Positions 1-13,670 of a stretch of 64,000 bases of DNA are shown here, one piece after another (the first letter of the stretch is position 1; the number at the start of each line of letters is the position of its first letter). The position numbers and the translations under genes are program-made. The notes under the pieces were generated by a model that had not been told where the DNA came from, did no database searches, and saw only the letters and a list, made by a program, of their open reading frames with translations. The DNA is from Neocallimastix sp. 'constans' (taxonomy: Eukaryota), in assembly GCA_050613775.1 (NCBI GenBank), contig JBODTK010000116.1, forward strand, positions 434,001 to 498,000, in the 5' to 3' direction.

Positions 1-307
1 CTAAAATGTGGTATATACACACAATAAATTATCATTATTATTTTTATTTTAATTATTTATTTATAATTATTACTATTTATTTTAATTATTTATTAGTATT
101 TATTATTAATTGTTTATAATTATTATTTATTATTATTTATTATTTATTATTTATTTAATTATATATTCTTTATTCTTTTATTAAAATTTTTATATAAAAA
201 TATATAAAAATATATAAAAATATATATAATTATATAAAATATCTATGTATCTATAGATCTATATTATTTTCGGTTTAAAAGTTTTAATAAAAATAGTAAA
301 GAAGTTA

Positions 308-353
<46 letters not shown>

Positions 354-924
354 ATTAAATGACAAAAAAGTTTATATTTGTGATAATATTTAAAGTATTA
401 TCCTAAACTTTTTTTTTTTTTTTATTTTATTATTTTTTTATTTTTTAAATATTGATAAACAATAATTTTAATTATATTATTTTTCTTTTTTTAAAAGTTT
501 TATCGTTGACTAAATATTAATAATAAGTATTATAATTTATTTTCCTTTTAAATAATAATATTTTAAAATCAATAATTATAAAAGCATATATATATATATC
601 ATAAATAATCATATATATAAATATTTAAATAAATTAGTACTTTTAAATATATAAAATTATATTAATTCCATATTATTATTAATATATATTTCCATATATT
701 ATTTAATTATCTAAAAATTTAAGTTAGTTTTATTGCCACAAATATTTTTTTTTTTAAAAAAAAATTTAAAATAATATAAAAAAAGAAAAGTTTTTTTTTT
801 TTTAAATATTTAAAATATACTTAAATAATTAATTGATAATAGTTATTATTATTAGTAAATTATCAAAAACAACAACAACAATAATATTGACAAAATAAAC
901 AAAAAGTTTGAATAAAAAAAAAAA

Positions 925-1743
925 ATGGATAATGCCAATTTTGATAATGATAATAAATTAACAACCGAGACTGTTGTTAAACCAGACCAAGAATTTAAAA
1001 AAAGACCAGTTCAAAAACAAAATGAGAAGGAATCAAACCACCAAGAAAATAATAATGAACAAGAAGGTGAAGGTGAAGGTGAAGGTGAAGATGAGTCAGA
1101 ATATGAATATGAATATGAATATGTACCATCAACAGCTCTCTATATAATAGGTATTGGCGCTCTTATATTTACAGTAGGATTTTTAATATTTATTAATCTT
1201 AATTATCCAATGAGTAAACATTTAAAACAAATGTTTATTGGTTCACTTATTGATTTTAAAAATCAATTCTTTATGAAAAAAGTTTACATTGCTGCTGTTG
1301 GTATATTTATCGTATTCCAAATATTCACTACCATTACGCAAATACTTATCAAATATATACAACCGGATGCAAGTAATTCAACAAATAAAGATTTAAATGA
1401 TTTTGCTGGTTCCTCGGTGATAGGTGCTTTTATAATTGCTGGTATTATTTTTCCGGTTGGTGAAGAATTAATTTTTAGAAAACTTCTATTCGGTATTCTT
1501 AATCATTTTTCAACTCTATTAGCTTTTATTGTATCAAGTTTTGTTTTTGCCTTCTATCACTTTGAATTTAGTATTCAAAAACTTAAGGAGGAATATATTC
1601 GTTTCCCAATATATTTATTTGCTGGACTTATGTTTGCCTATGTCTATAATGACACAGGTTGTATTTTAGCTACTATGCTTGGTCATATTTTAAACAATAG
1701 TTATACTGTTATCTTAAGTCTTTTAGGCGTATTACAACAATAA
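925..1743 (+). CDS. CPBP family (Abi / CAAX protease type II) intramembrane glutamic metalloprotease, 272 aa, intronless
   Basis: Family motifs occur in order: EExxxR (GEELIFRK), FxxxH (FAFYH), HxxxN (GHILNN). Several hydrophobic helices. Acidic N-terminus with (EG)n and (EY)n runs. Confidence 0.88.
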   Translation: MDNANFDNDNKLTTETVVKPDQEFKKRPVQKQNEKESNHQENNNEQEGEGEGEGEDESEYEYEYEYVPSTALYIIGIGALIFTVGFLIFINLNYPMSKHLKQMFIGSLIDFKNQFFMKKVYIAAVGIFIVFQIFTTITQILIKYIQPDASNSTNKDLNDFAGSSVIGAFIIAGIIFPVGEELIFRKLLFGILNHFSTLLAFIVSSFVFAFYHFEFSIQKLKEEYIRFPIYLFAGLMFAYVYNDTGCILATMLGHILNNSYTVILSLLGVLQQ

Positions 1744-1865
1744 TATAAATTAATAATAATAATAATAATAATAAATTGAAATTTAGCTACTATGCTTGGT
1801 CATATTTTAAACAATAGTTATACTGTTATCTTAAGTCTTTTAGGCGTATTACAACAATAATATAA

Positions 1866-1899
<34 letters not shown>

Positions 1900-1906
1900 T
1901 GAAATT
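1665..1906 (+). repeat. Tandem duplication (~117-bp period) of the last ~25 codons, stop codon and start of the 3' UTR of the CPBP gene
   Basis: TTTAGCTACTATGCTTGGTCAT...CAACAATAA...AAATTGAAATT at 1665-1783 and again at 1782-1906; the coding part is identical. Confidence 0.92.
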
Positions 1907-2570
1907 AACATTTTAATAAAAAAAATACTAATAATAATAATAGTAATAATAATAATAATAATTTAAAAAGACATAAATAATAAAAGGCAAATTGCAAAAC
2001 ATAATAAATAACCATTATCCATTATCTATATAAAATAAGTTATACATAATATAATAATATAATATACAAACTGTAAATTACTAAAAAAAAAAAAAAATAA
2101 AATAAAATAATTTTAAATTATAAATATATAGTTACTATTTATAAATAATAAATTATAAATTATAGATAATAATAATAAAAGATATAAATAATATTGACTT
2201 TAATATTGAATCTTTCTTTTTTTTTAAAATATTTATATTAAATGACTATTTTAAAATTATAGAATATATATATATAAATAGATATAAATAGTATATAGTA
2301 TATAGCATTATAAGTTATATATATATATATTAAAAAAAAAAATTCATATTTATTAAATCTTTAACTTTTTTAATTAATATATTTATTTCTATTTATTTAT
2401 TTATTTATTTTATTTAATTTTATATTTTTATTTTTATTTTTTTGTTGTTTTTGTTTTTAACAAATAAAAATATTTATAGGGATTTTACATAACATAATAT
2501 TTATCTTGTTTATTTTTTCTATTTTCTATGATATTATATATATATATATATAATTAATAAATAATTTATT

Positions 2571-2611
<41 letters not shown>

Positions 2612-2929
2612 TTATTTATTTTTGTTATTTCTATTTCATTCTATAAATTGAATATTTTCTCTGAAAATAAATAATTAGGATATTAAAAATTATAAAAAAT
2701 TTAAAAAAAAAAAAAAGATTGTTGTTTCTTTTTTTTTTTTTTTTTTTTTTTGACCTCTAAAAAAAATACTATTACTTTTTTTTTTTTCTTTAGCTTAATA
2801 ATATTTTTTTTTTTATATTAATATTATATTTTATCTAAAAGTAATATTATTTTTATTCTAAAATATTTTTAACTTTTTTTTTTTTTTTTATTAAAAAAAA
2901 AAAAAAAAAAAAGAAGATATTTATTTGTT

Positions 2930-4642
2930 TTATTTGGAACAGTAGGATTGAATTCCACACCATTGATTATTTTCATAACCCCATTGACCATCATTATCTG
3001 TTTCATATACCTTACAACTCTTACAGCAGGAATAACCTAATTCTTCAGACCAACATGCTTCATCTTGAGTGGGTTCATCATAGGGAGTAAGACCACACCA
3101 TTCTTGTTTATTAAAGTCATAACCCCAATCACCGTTATCATCATGAGCATAAACCGTAGTTTCATTAGAACTACAGCATGAATAACCAACTACTTCAGAC
3201 CAACATTGATATGGTGATTGATTAGTGGTTGGAGTTTGTTCAGCTTCTTGTGTTGGTTCTGATGTTGGTTCTGCTGAAGGTTCAGTAGGTGGAATTGGTT
3301 GTTGTTGTGGATTTCCATTTCCCATATCACCCCAAGGACCACTTGGAGCAACATCAAAACTTGCTTCAACATTTTTGTTAGTAGTATATTGATAGTTTTC
3401 ATCCATATAAACTGGATCACATTCAATATCGTAAGCTTTACAAACGTATCTATATCTCATAAGAATCCAATATTTTATACCGTAACCTTTACTCATAGCA
3501 TTATCAGTAACAGTAGTGAATTCACTATTGGCATCCCATTGTTCAATTGAATAATCCATACCATACTTATTAATAACACCTGGAAGGTTTCCATTTTCAT
3601 CTGGTGTTTTTTCTTCAATAATGTAAGGTTTAATTAATTCTTTTAATTCATCAATACGTGGGAAAAGAATGGTTGGGTTGAACGCTTCCCTAACAAAATT
3701 CTTAAGAATATTTTCAAAACGAGTTGGATCCTTGAAAATTAAAATTTCAATAAGATGTTGATGTAAAGTAGACCATTCAGAAAATGGATAGGATGGGAAA
3801 TCTGTACTGACAATGGAATGAGGGAAAATGGCAACAAAGCTAGCATCTTGACCAAGGTCAGCATCGAAATCGTAGTAAATAATAGTCCATTTACCACCCT
3901 TCTTTTTGTAAACGTTGAAGTTGTGACCATTGAAAAGGAAATGATCCCATGAACCAGATAAATATTCATAAGCAATTTCATATAAAAATTGATCTATATC
4001 AAAAATATCTTCGATATCTTCAGCAGATTGAGCATTATCTAAAGTTGTTAAAAATTCAATCCATTCAGGATTTTCAGTGATTTCATCATTTTCATTGACA
4101 CATCCAGTGGCACTACTTTCTACAGTTAAAGAACATAAAGCTTCTTTACATTTATATAAATTTGTGGTATCCCCATCATTATATTCTAATTTAGCCCAAG
4201 AAATCTTTGGTGAATCCATTATAACATATATTCCCATATAATTATCATTAATATATAAGGAAATGTAATTTGCAGAAATAGAAGTTAAACCTAAACGATT
4301 ATGCATATCACAAGCTAATTTAGATCTTAATAAGGTAGGTTCACGGGCATCAGAACGAATTCTAAATTGGGAACGACCATATAATTCATCATTTCCACGA
4401 ATTTTAACATTAAAAGCTTGTCTACCGTATGTACGAGCTGAATTACCACCAATTGAAAAAGTAACCTTTTTGAATGATTTTTTTTCTCTTTAACCCATTG
4501 CATAAAAAAAAATTTAATATATATAAAAAAAAATTGAAAATATAAAATAATATTATGATTCCCATTTTAGATATTTATTATATATATATATATATATATT
4601 GGTATGTGAAAAAAAAAAAAAAATTCAAATTATGTATTAATT

Positions 4643-4675
<33 letters not shown>

Positions 4676-5213
4676 TTATTTTAAAAATTTACCCGTTAAT
4701 TTCAACAATCATAGTGGCATTTTTAGTTTTAAATTCTCCACCAAATGAAATATCAGCACCTTCAAAAGCTTCTTTGGCATTTTCTCCATTTTGTCCAAAA
4801 TCTAAATTTAATAAAGGATTGACAACTTGGGCAGTTTGAATTAATAATTTGTATTCCTCATCAGACATTGAAACTCTAAATACTGAAATTTCATTATCAG
4901 TTAATTCAAAAAACTTTGCACGGTTACCTTCTTTAATAAAAGGTGTTATTGCCGAAACAGCATATACTAATCATAATTATATTAATATAAATATTATTAA
5001 AATTTTAATATTTGTTTTTGATTTTGTTTTTTTTTTCTTAATTAAAATTTTAATATTTGTTATAATCTTTTTTTATTTTTTTTTTTAAAAAAAAAAAAAA
5101 AGAATTATATTTAAATTTACTAATCATATTAATACTATATCAATGATAAAAAACTATTGAATTAGATGAAATTTATAATTACCATATAATAAAAAAATCA
5201 ATAGTTTAAACAT
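2930..5213 (-). CDS. cotH: Secreted CotH-family kinase with two C-terminal fungal non-catalytic dockerin (CBM10-like) domains; exons 5213-5183, 4966-4693, 4487-2930; ~620 aa
   Basis: GT-AG splicing gives an open frame with signal peptide MFKLLIFLLYVYAVSA. CotH core: KVTFSIGGNSARTYG, RIRSDAREPTLLRSKL, WDHFLFNGHNF, YYDFD. Pro/Thr/Glu linker, then two CWSxxxGYxCC...DxxGxWGY...WCG dockerins. Confidence 0.9.
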
Positions 5214-5258
5214 TTTATATTTATATTTTAGAATAAAATTATTATAATTTTGGTTTTG

Positions 5259-5295
<37 letters not shown>

Positions 5296-6414
5296 AAAAT
5301 ATATTTATATATTTATGAGTGATTATCACTTTTTATGACATTGATTCATTTTTCCAAAAAATATATGAAACATAAAATAAATTTTTTTTTTTTATTATTA
5401 TTATTTACTCATAATAAAAATATATTAAAAATATATTAATTATAAAAATTGAAAAAAAAAAAGTTGTACAAAGTTAATTATAAATTTATCTGTATATAAA
5501 TGGAAATAAAGTTGTACAAATGTAATATATAGTTAAAATGTATAAAATTAATTCTTTTATAATAGATATATATGAACTAAAAAAAATATATATATAAATA
5601 TAAAAGTATTCTACTATATATTATATAAAAAAACTATATATTATATATTTCTTAAATATGTATAAGAAATTTATTCAATTATTTATATATTTTTATAAAT
5701 AAACAATAAATAAATAAATAAATAGAATATTTTTATATTACTTCATATTATTTTTCCATCTACTGCTTAATTATTTATTTTTATTTCTTGGTAATAACAT
5801 TTTTTTTAAAAAAATGAATAATAATCTATATATTTATTTAACAAATAGAAATCTAGATTTACTTTTCTTTTTTCTTGCTCTGTTTATACTAAAAATAAAT
5901 TAATAAAATAAATTAAAATAAATTAATAAAATAAGTTGTCATTATTAAATTTATTATACTTTTTTTTAACATTTTAATTTATTTGGTAATATGAACATTT
6001 TTCATATTTTTTTTTTTTTAATTTATTTTTAATATACAGAATGGATGAAGTTGTACAATCAAAGAAATTATAAAAAAAGAATAAAAAAAAATTTATACTA
6101 ATAAATAAATAAATAAATAATGAATAATAAATAAATAAATAATAATAAATAAATGAACATTTTTTATATTATTTAAATATTTTTATAAAATAAATAATTT
6201 AGAAAAAAATATTTTTATTTTTTTTTTATTCTTTTTCTTTTCTTTCTAAAATTAAATTAAATTAAATTAAATTAAAAAAAAAAAAGGCTACACAAGATTT
6301 TATAGTATTCATTTTCTCTTTTTTAATTTTTAATTTTTTTTATTTTTTAAACTTTATAATTAATTAATTATTTATTTAATTATTTATTTAATTATTTATT
6401 TATTTATTTATTTA

Positions 6415-6450
<36 letters not shown>

Positions 6451-7760
6451 GGTTTCAAAATTGATGTCATAATCTGGAATCTGGATTTACTCTTAATATA
6501 CTAATAATAAAATGCACAATGAATAATGGTTCAATATACTAATAATAAAATATACAATGATACAATGATTCTTTATTTAATTAAGAGGTTTGGTAAATTT
6601 TTATTAAATAAAATTCATACTTATGTAATTTTATTTCATAAAATACAAAAATGTATTAATGATATTGAAATTTTCTTTTTTTTTTTTTATAATGAGAAAT
6701 GAAATGCCTAGTTAGTAATTAACTATCTATCCTATTTGATATTTCATGTTACTGTTTTATTTACATATATTTTATAAAATGTTTGTTTACTTTTATGTAA
6801 TATAAATATTAAAAATTGGTTATCTTTGATAATAATTTCAAATTAACTTCTTATTAAAGTAAATTTAATTTATTATAGTATAAATAAAAATTTGACATAT
6901 AAAATAATAGTTGATTGATTGATTGATTGATTTTTTTCATTTTTTTTTCATTTATTAAATAATATTATTATATGTACAAATTGTGCAATAATAATATTTA
7001 ACTATTTAAAGTTTTTAAAGTTAAACATTTTTATTGATATAAAAAAATAAAAATAAAAAAATAAAAATAACACCAAAAATGGAATAAAATACTAATTAAT
7101 GGTTGGTTAGTTGATGATTCCTCAATTTTAAAGTAGCAAATCTAAAATATACAAAATGGAAAAGAGAAAAAAAAAAAGAAAAAAAAAAAAGAAAAGAAAA
7201 AAAAGAAAAAGGAAATAAAATTAAAAATTTAAAATTGTAAAAAACTAATATGAAAATAAAAATAATTAAATAAATAAAAACAAATATATAGATAATAAAA
7301 ATGATTATCAATTATATGAATATAATAAGTAATAATATAAATAGTATTTAGAATATTACTATTGCAAAGGTGTAAAGTTGTAGAGAAATTTATTTGAATA
7401 AACATAAATATATTGTTTATCTTGGATATTTTTACTAATTCAATACATTTTTGATTCATCTTCTTTTTTTAATGTTACTCCTATATATGCTAAATAATAA
7501 TAAATAGGAATTTTTCTTTTTAATGTTACCAAATAAGAAAATTTTTGAAATATTTTTTTTATAAAGTATAATTATATATTATATATTATATGATATTTTG
7601 TTACTTTAATGTGTGTATTTAGAAATTAATTAATTAATAATAAAAATATTATTAATATTATTAATTAATAAATATTAAATATGTTAACATATTAACCCAA
7701 AAAAAAAAAAAAAAAAAAAAGTGTTGATATATTTTATTATTATTATTATTATTATTATTA

Positions 7761-7801
<41 letters not shown>

Positions 7802-7878
7802 GAATTTTATATTATTGATTAGTTTTTATTAAATGATTATTTTATTTTTATTGTTATTTTAATAACTATATTTTTAAT

Positions 7879-8478
7879 GAGGAGGTTGCATTACGTCATT
7901 TTCACGTGATGTATATAAATATGTGGCTATAGCTATATTATGCTACGTAATATTATTTTATTGTATTATTTTATTGTATTACTTCAATTTTTAAATTAAT
8001 TATTATGTGAATAATTAAATAAATCATATAATGGTTAGATTTTATGATTTTAATTCTTTTATTTAAATGTTTTTAAATGTTATTAATAAAAGAATTATAT
8101 AAAAATATAAATGTTATTAATAATTATTTTTTTTATTTAAATGCTATTAATAAAAAAATTATATAAAAATTTTTATTTTAATTATTTTATTTTGTTTTTT
8201 TCAATTCAATTTGGACTTTATATTCATATTCTACTATTTATTTTATTTTATTCAATCTATACTTTATATTCACATTATTTATTTTATTTTATTTTATTTT
8301 ATATACTTAATATTATTATGCTCTTATTTAATTATTTATTTACTTATTTATACATTTATTTTAACATATAATTGTATTAAAAATTTTTATGGCGTTAGCA
8401 AAAAATTTTAAAAGCCATTAAAAATAAATGGCGTATTGAAAATTTGTATTATAAAAATTGGCGAAATGCACCACATTC
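7879..8478. mobile_element. Non-autonomous DNA transposon (MITE), Mutator-like
   Basis: Imperfect TIRs GAGGAGGTTGCATTACGTCA / GGCGAAATGCACCACATTC. Perfect 9-bp TSD ATTTTTAAT (7870-7878, 8479-8487). Relative at 55470-56227. Confidence 0.8.
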
Positions 8479-8497
8479 ATTTTTAATTATTTTGATT

Positions 8498-8723
8498 GGG
8501 AGAGTGGTGCATTTCGCCAAATTTTTTGAAAGTATGTGGCGTATTAAAAATGTTGCATTTTACCAAATTGAAAATTATAAAAAAATAAATAAATAAAATT
8601 AAATATTATTAATTATTAAATATAATAAAAACACAAGTTTAGAGAAAAATATTTTGAATTTTTATTTATTCATTCGTTTATTTATTTATATCAATAGGCC
8701 ACTTGGCGAAATGCAACTCTCCC
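8498..8723. mobile_element. Short MITE, Mutator-like
   Basis: TIRs GGGAGAGTGGTGCATTTCGCCAA / TTGGCGAAATGCAACTCTCCC. Perfect 9-bp TSD ATTTTGATT (8489-8497, 8724-8732). Relatives at 54968 and 60882. Confidence 0.88.
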
Positions 8724-9148
8724 ATTTTGATTATTGGATTAATTATGACCATTTATAAAATGTATATACAATAATAAAATTTAATTTAACTAAATTAGTT
8801 ACAATTGTAATTATATGATGTACATCAATAATACGCCATATGTTATTAAACTATTTTATGTTGTGTAATTGTTGATAATTAATTATTATTACTAAATAAA
8901 TAAAAATATATATTAAAAATATATAATCACAAAAAGTTAAAAGTAAAATCGAGTTATATCAATATTTAATTTAATAAATATGCAAATCTTAATTATACAA
9001 GTTAATTAAAATAAAGTAATTGATATATAATAAAAAAAATAAAAAATATATATAATAAAATAATTAAATAAATAAAATAAATAAATAAACTTTGAAAGAT
9101 AATAATTTAAAACTTTTAATTACCTAACTTCATCTAATAATAAAAATT

Positions 9149-9399
<251 letters not shown>

Positions 9400-9526
9400 T
9401 AATTAATTAAATTATTGTATAAATATAATAATTTATATTCATATAGAATATAGAATATAGTATTCCATATATATTATGGAATAGATATTCTTCAAATACT
9501 ACTATAAATTTTATTTATCTAAATAT

Positions 9527-11389
9527 TCCCAATGACCTGGAAAAATAGTTCATGTCATTGGGATGGTTGATAGAAAAGGAATAGCTTACATCAGATGTAC
9601 TAATTACAGTTTTCTGTGATTCTTATGATAATCGATGGTTATCCTTTCTAAATTAGCTTCTAGTATGAAAAGTGTAAATTGGAATACTGGAAGACTGTAG
9701 AAAGTGAACCTGAGGTTTTTTATTGTTTTAAACTGGATATGTAGTTACATTGGAGTTGTATAATTAATAATATCATGAAGTTTCTACATGTTATCATTGT
9801 AATGAATCTACAGTATTCTTTTTTACTTTAGCATTATTTTGTATATGTATTTTTCTATAGTATTATTTAAACTCATGTAGCTATTGTAAAATGGAAATGT
9901 AGGAGATTGATTCACTTCAAAGCTTGTATTTAAGACATTATTTAATGAATGTGAATTTTTTTATAGTCTTTCACTACTAATATTTTATTTTACTTTTTCA
10001 TTTTAGTTTATTCATAAGTACGTTAGAGAAAATTATTTTATCAATCAAAGCTTTACTAATCAAATAGAATTTCAGAAACTCAAAGGATAACAAAAAAAAA
10101 AAAAAAAAGATTATTCATTACAACAAAATTCATAAGTTGTTTATTTTACTTAAATATTTATCGGTTATTACACAAAGGAAAAAACTTCTTATTATTTTTA
10201 TCATTTTAATTTTTCTATTTTTTTTTTTTTTTTTTTTATTTTTTATTTATATTTATATTTCTTAGTTTTTAGTATTTTAGTTTTTATTAGTTTCATTTTT
10301 ATATCAATTTGTAATTTATAGTTCATTATGGTACCAATAATGCAAGAAATCCATGTAAAGTAACACTTCCCAACTACAAATATTTCCAGAAAAGAATGGA
10401 ACTAAATACGCCAGGTTTCAGAGGTTTATATCTTGGGTATCATGTCTCATGTTAAGTAGTACTTGAATATAATTCCTATACTTATCTTGTTTCTTTAACA
10501 GCATATAGTCTATGGAATCACTCTAAGTGTTCTATATATAATGTCTATATATTTCCACGAAGAAACATTCATTACAAGTCCGACAGGTATTCTCAGAAGT
10601 TTTCACGTGATTTCAGAATCACACTAATCATCCATCTATTCTTCTTGGAGACTTTAACATGAACACCTCTGATTTACAAGATAAATTAAACCAACAGTAA
10701 CCTTGGTAACTTGGTTTATTCTTCCTATTAATGGGTTCACCTATTTCATGGACTAGAGATTGATATTCATCAGATATTTGATCATACGTTGTAGTCAATT
10801 CATGTTTGCTGGATAAAAATATCAAGTACTTATTTTGTTGATTATCCTTCTGTAACTGATTACAATAAATCACTTGTAGTTTATTGCAATTACCATGGAA
10901 GAATCATTTTTGTTACAGAAAAAAAAAATGTTAGATAGGAACAGATATATATGTCTTGAATTTAAGAATGAAATTGGTAATCATAATAAATTTGAGATTC
11001 TTTGTGAAGCATTAGGAAATGAAGAATTTTCAGCAGATAGTATTGTTGAAAAAGTTCATCAACACTTCTAATTCCATTGCTAAGGATTTATCGATTACAT
11101 CGTCAACAGAAATCATAAAAAGCGAGGATTAGAATGTCCCCACAAAATTTTTATTGTCTTCAAAAAGGTAAAAACATATAAATATATAAACAAATTTAAG
11201 GATTATAAATCTGTTAAATGATTCCAATGAATTTACTAAAAATTGTTGACTCGTATAATAGGCTATGTGAATCAATTCATAAAAAAAAATGTAACGAATT
11301 TAGGAAAAAAAAGAATATTTATAACGTTGGATTAAAATTGGATGTTCGTTAGTTCTTAAAAAAAATGATAGTAGGAAAGCATGGAAATG

Positions 11390-11437
<48 letters not shown>

Positions 11438-12270
11438 AATGAAAAAAAAAGAATGAAAAAAAAATAAATAATCAAACTTTCACGATCTCTTTTATCCTAT
11501 TAAAAAACAATAATAATAATAAACTAATTTCTTCTATAGATGAAAAATTAAAAGTTTGGCATTCTCATTATAAATTCTTAGGGTCGGATTTTTCAGGTCA
11601 TCGTCTTTTCTAAAAATTTCTGGAAAGATTCTGATGCATTAAGAAATTTTGGGAAGTCCAATAAAACAAAAATGGGAAATTAATTAAGGTATTTAGCAGA
11701 TGAAGAAATTAGCGAAGCAATCTCATCTATTCCTAAACTTTAAAGCGTGTGATCGTCTTAATGGTATTCCAATTGGAATTCTTCAAAAGCTTTGATTCCT
11801 TGGTAAAAATGATTCAGAAGAATCAAGTGAAAATAATAGTAATATATTTCGTCTGATTTTAAATGTTTCATAGCCTTAATCAATTGTATTTTGAATGATG
11901 ATTTTTTTTTCCAAAATCATGAAATAACGAATCAATTATTCTCTATTGGTGATAAACGATGTTGTAGAGGTCTCTCTTCACAGATGACATTGTGTTATCA
12001 TCAATTCAACATTCAGACCCTAATCCATAAGGGAGTGAGGTTCGTTGCATAAGAACATTTTTTCTAAATTTATTTATACACTTTATTTTGAATATTACTT
12101 TTTCATTTCACTTTACTATTTTAAATATTATTATGTTCTAATTGGACAAATAATATTTATTTATTATATTAATTTTGTATTTTTTTTTTTTTAAAAAAAA
12201 AATTATAATATAAAATATTTATGTAATTAATAAATGAATAAATAAATAAAGATTAAAGTTAGTAATAATC
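9527..12270 (+). mobile_element. Degenerate, internally deleted non-LTR retrotransposon (LINE, here 'family A')
   Basis: APE endonuclease motif HPSILLGDFNMN at ~10628. Frameshifted RT N-terminal remnants (EEISEAISSIP, GIPI) at ~11700-11790 and a remnant of the CCxGLFxDDIVL motif at ~11950-12000. 3' end (12010-12270) matches 30290-30590, 32570-32865 and, inverted, 32890-33118. Confidence 0.8.
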
Positions 12271-13625
12271 ATATAATTAATATTTTAATTTTATTTAAAT
12301 AGACTATTTTTGAAAAAAAAAAAAAAAAAAATAAATGAAAAATAAAAATAAAAATAAAAATAAAAATAATAATAACAATAATTATTATAATTTAACAATA
12401 AATTTGTAATTTATTTAATAGATATTTATTTATAAATTTATTTATAATAATATTAATTAAAAGACTACTTGAATAATAAAATTTTTAATTAATAGAACAA
12501 AAAGGTTAATAAAAATAATTAGGAAAATATATTTATCTAAAATTTATTTTATATATTATTTTTTATATTTTTTTATTGTTTTAAAATTGACAGAAGTCAA
12601 TATTCTTAAAAGAATAAGAATTTATTCAAGCTCTTTATCAATAAATATTAATAAAATTTTAATAATTAAATATTAAAATAGTATTTATAAACACAACCTT
12701 TTAAATAAATTAAATATATTGAAATATTATATATTATCAAAATAATATTTTATTCTTAATCATTTATGATGATAAAATTAAATATTAGTTTGTTACCATT
12801 TTCTCTATAAATAAAAAAACTAGTACCATTATGTTAATATTAAAATTATTATTAATAATATAATAATAGGATATATAGAATATATAGAATATATAGAATT
12901 TTCAGATAAAATTAATAAATAATAATATGTATGTATATCAACTTTTAATTTTTTAAAAGCTCCTTTTATAGAAATAAATAAATTAGTTATTATCATTAAA
13001 AGCGATGTATATTGATAATTTTTATTTCTTTATTCAATTGATATAGTTCTTTTTTATTAAATGGAACATCAGAAGTATAATAAAATTAAATTGTATTAAT
13101 ATTTATTACAAAAAAAGAAAAAAAAAAAAAAAAGATATATATATATATAAATTTTATCATTCTTCAACAATATTAAAATATATATATATATATAATTAAA
13201 TAGATTAAGTAACTTTATAATTATTTACATACAGTAATTTTTAATATTAATTGTTATAAGATGAAATAATTTATAGCATTATGTTAATGAATTTAGCTAA
13301 TAATTTTATAATTAATTCTATATATATTAATTTAAACCGAAAATTCTCTTTGCTATTAGAAAATGATAAAATATTTAAAAAATAAAAAAATAAAAGGATA
13401 AAACAATAATAGAATAATAGAACAACTAATAGCTAATAAAATAAAATTAAACTATTTAAATAATTTTTATTATGTTAATTAGGAAAAAATTCAAAAAAAA
13501 AAAAAAAAAAAAATTCAAAAAAATTATATATATATTTTAGTATATTATTGTTTTACAAAAAAAATTTTTTTATTTTTTTTTTTTATTTTATTTTGAGTGG
13601 TACCTTATTATATTATATAATATTA

Positions 13626-13670
<45 letters not shown>

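Noticed and set aside
3190..5088. Short ORFs overlapping cotH (and 36476-37210 overlapping the 7-TM gene)
   Set aside because: Alternative-frame or antisense shadows of real exons with no independent coding signal.
9527..9563. Hairpin CCCAATGAC...GTCATTGGG at the family A 5' end as an HDV-like ribozyme
   Set aside because: No nested double pseudoknot could be drawn, and pairing is weaker in the second copy (~35495-35530).
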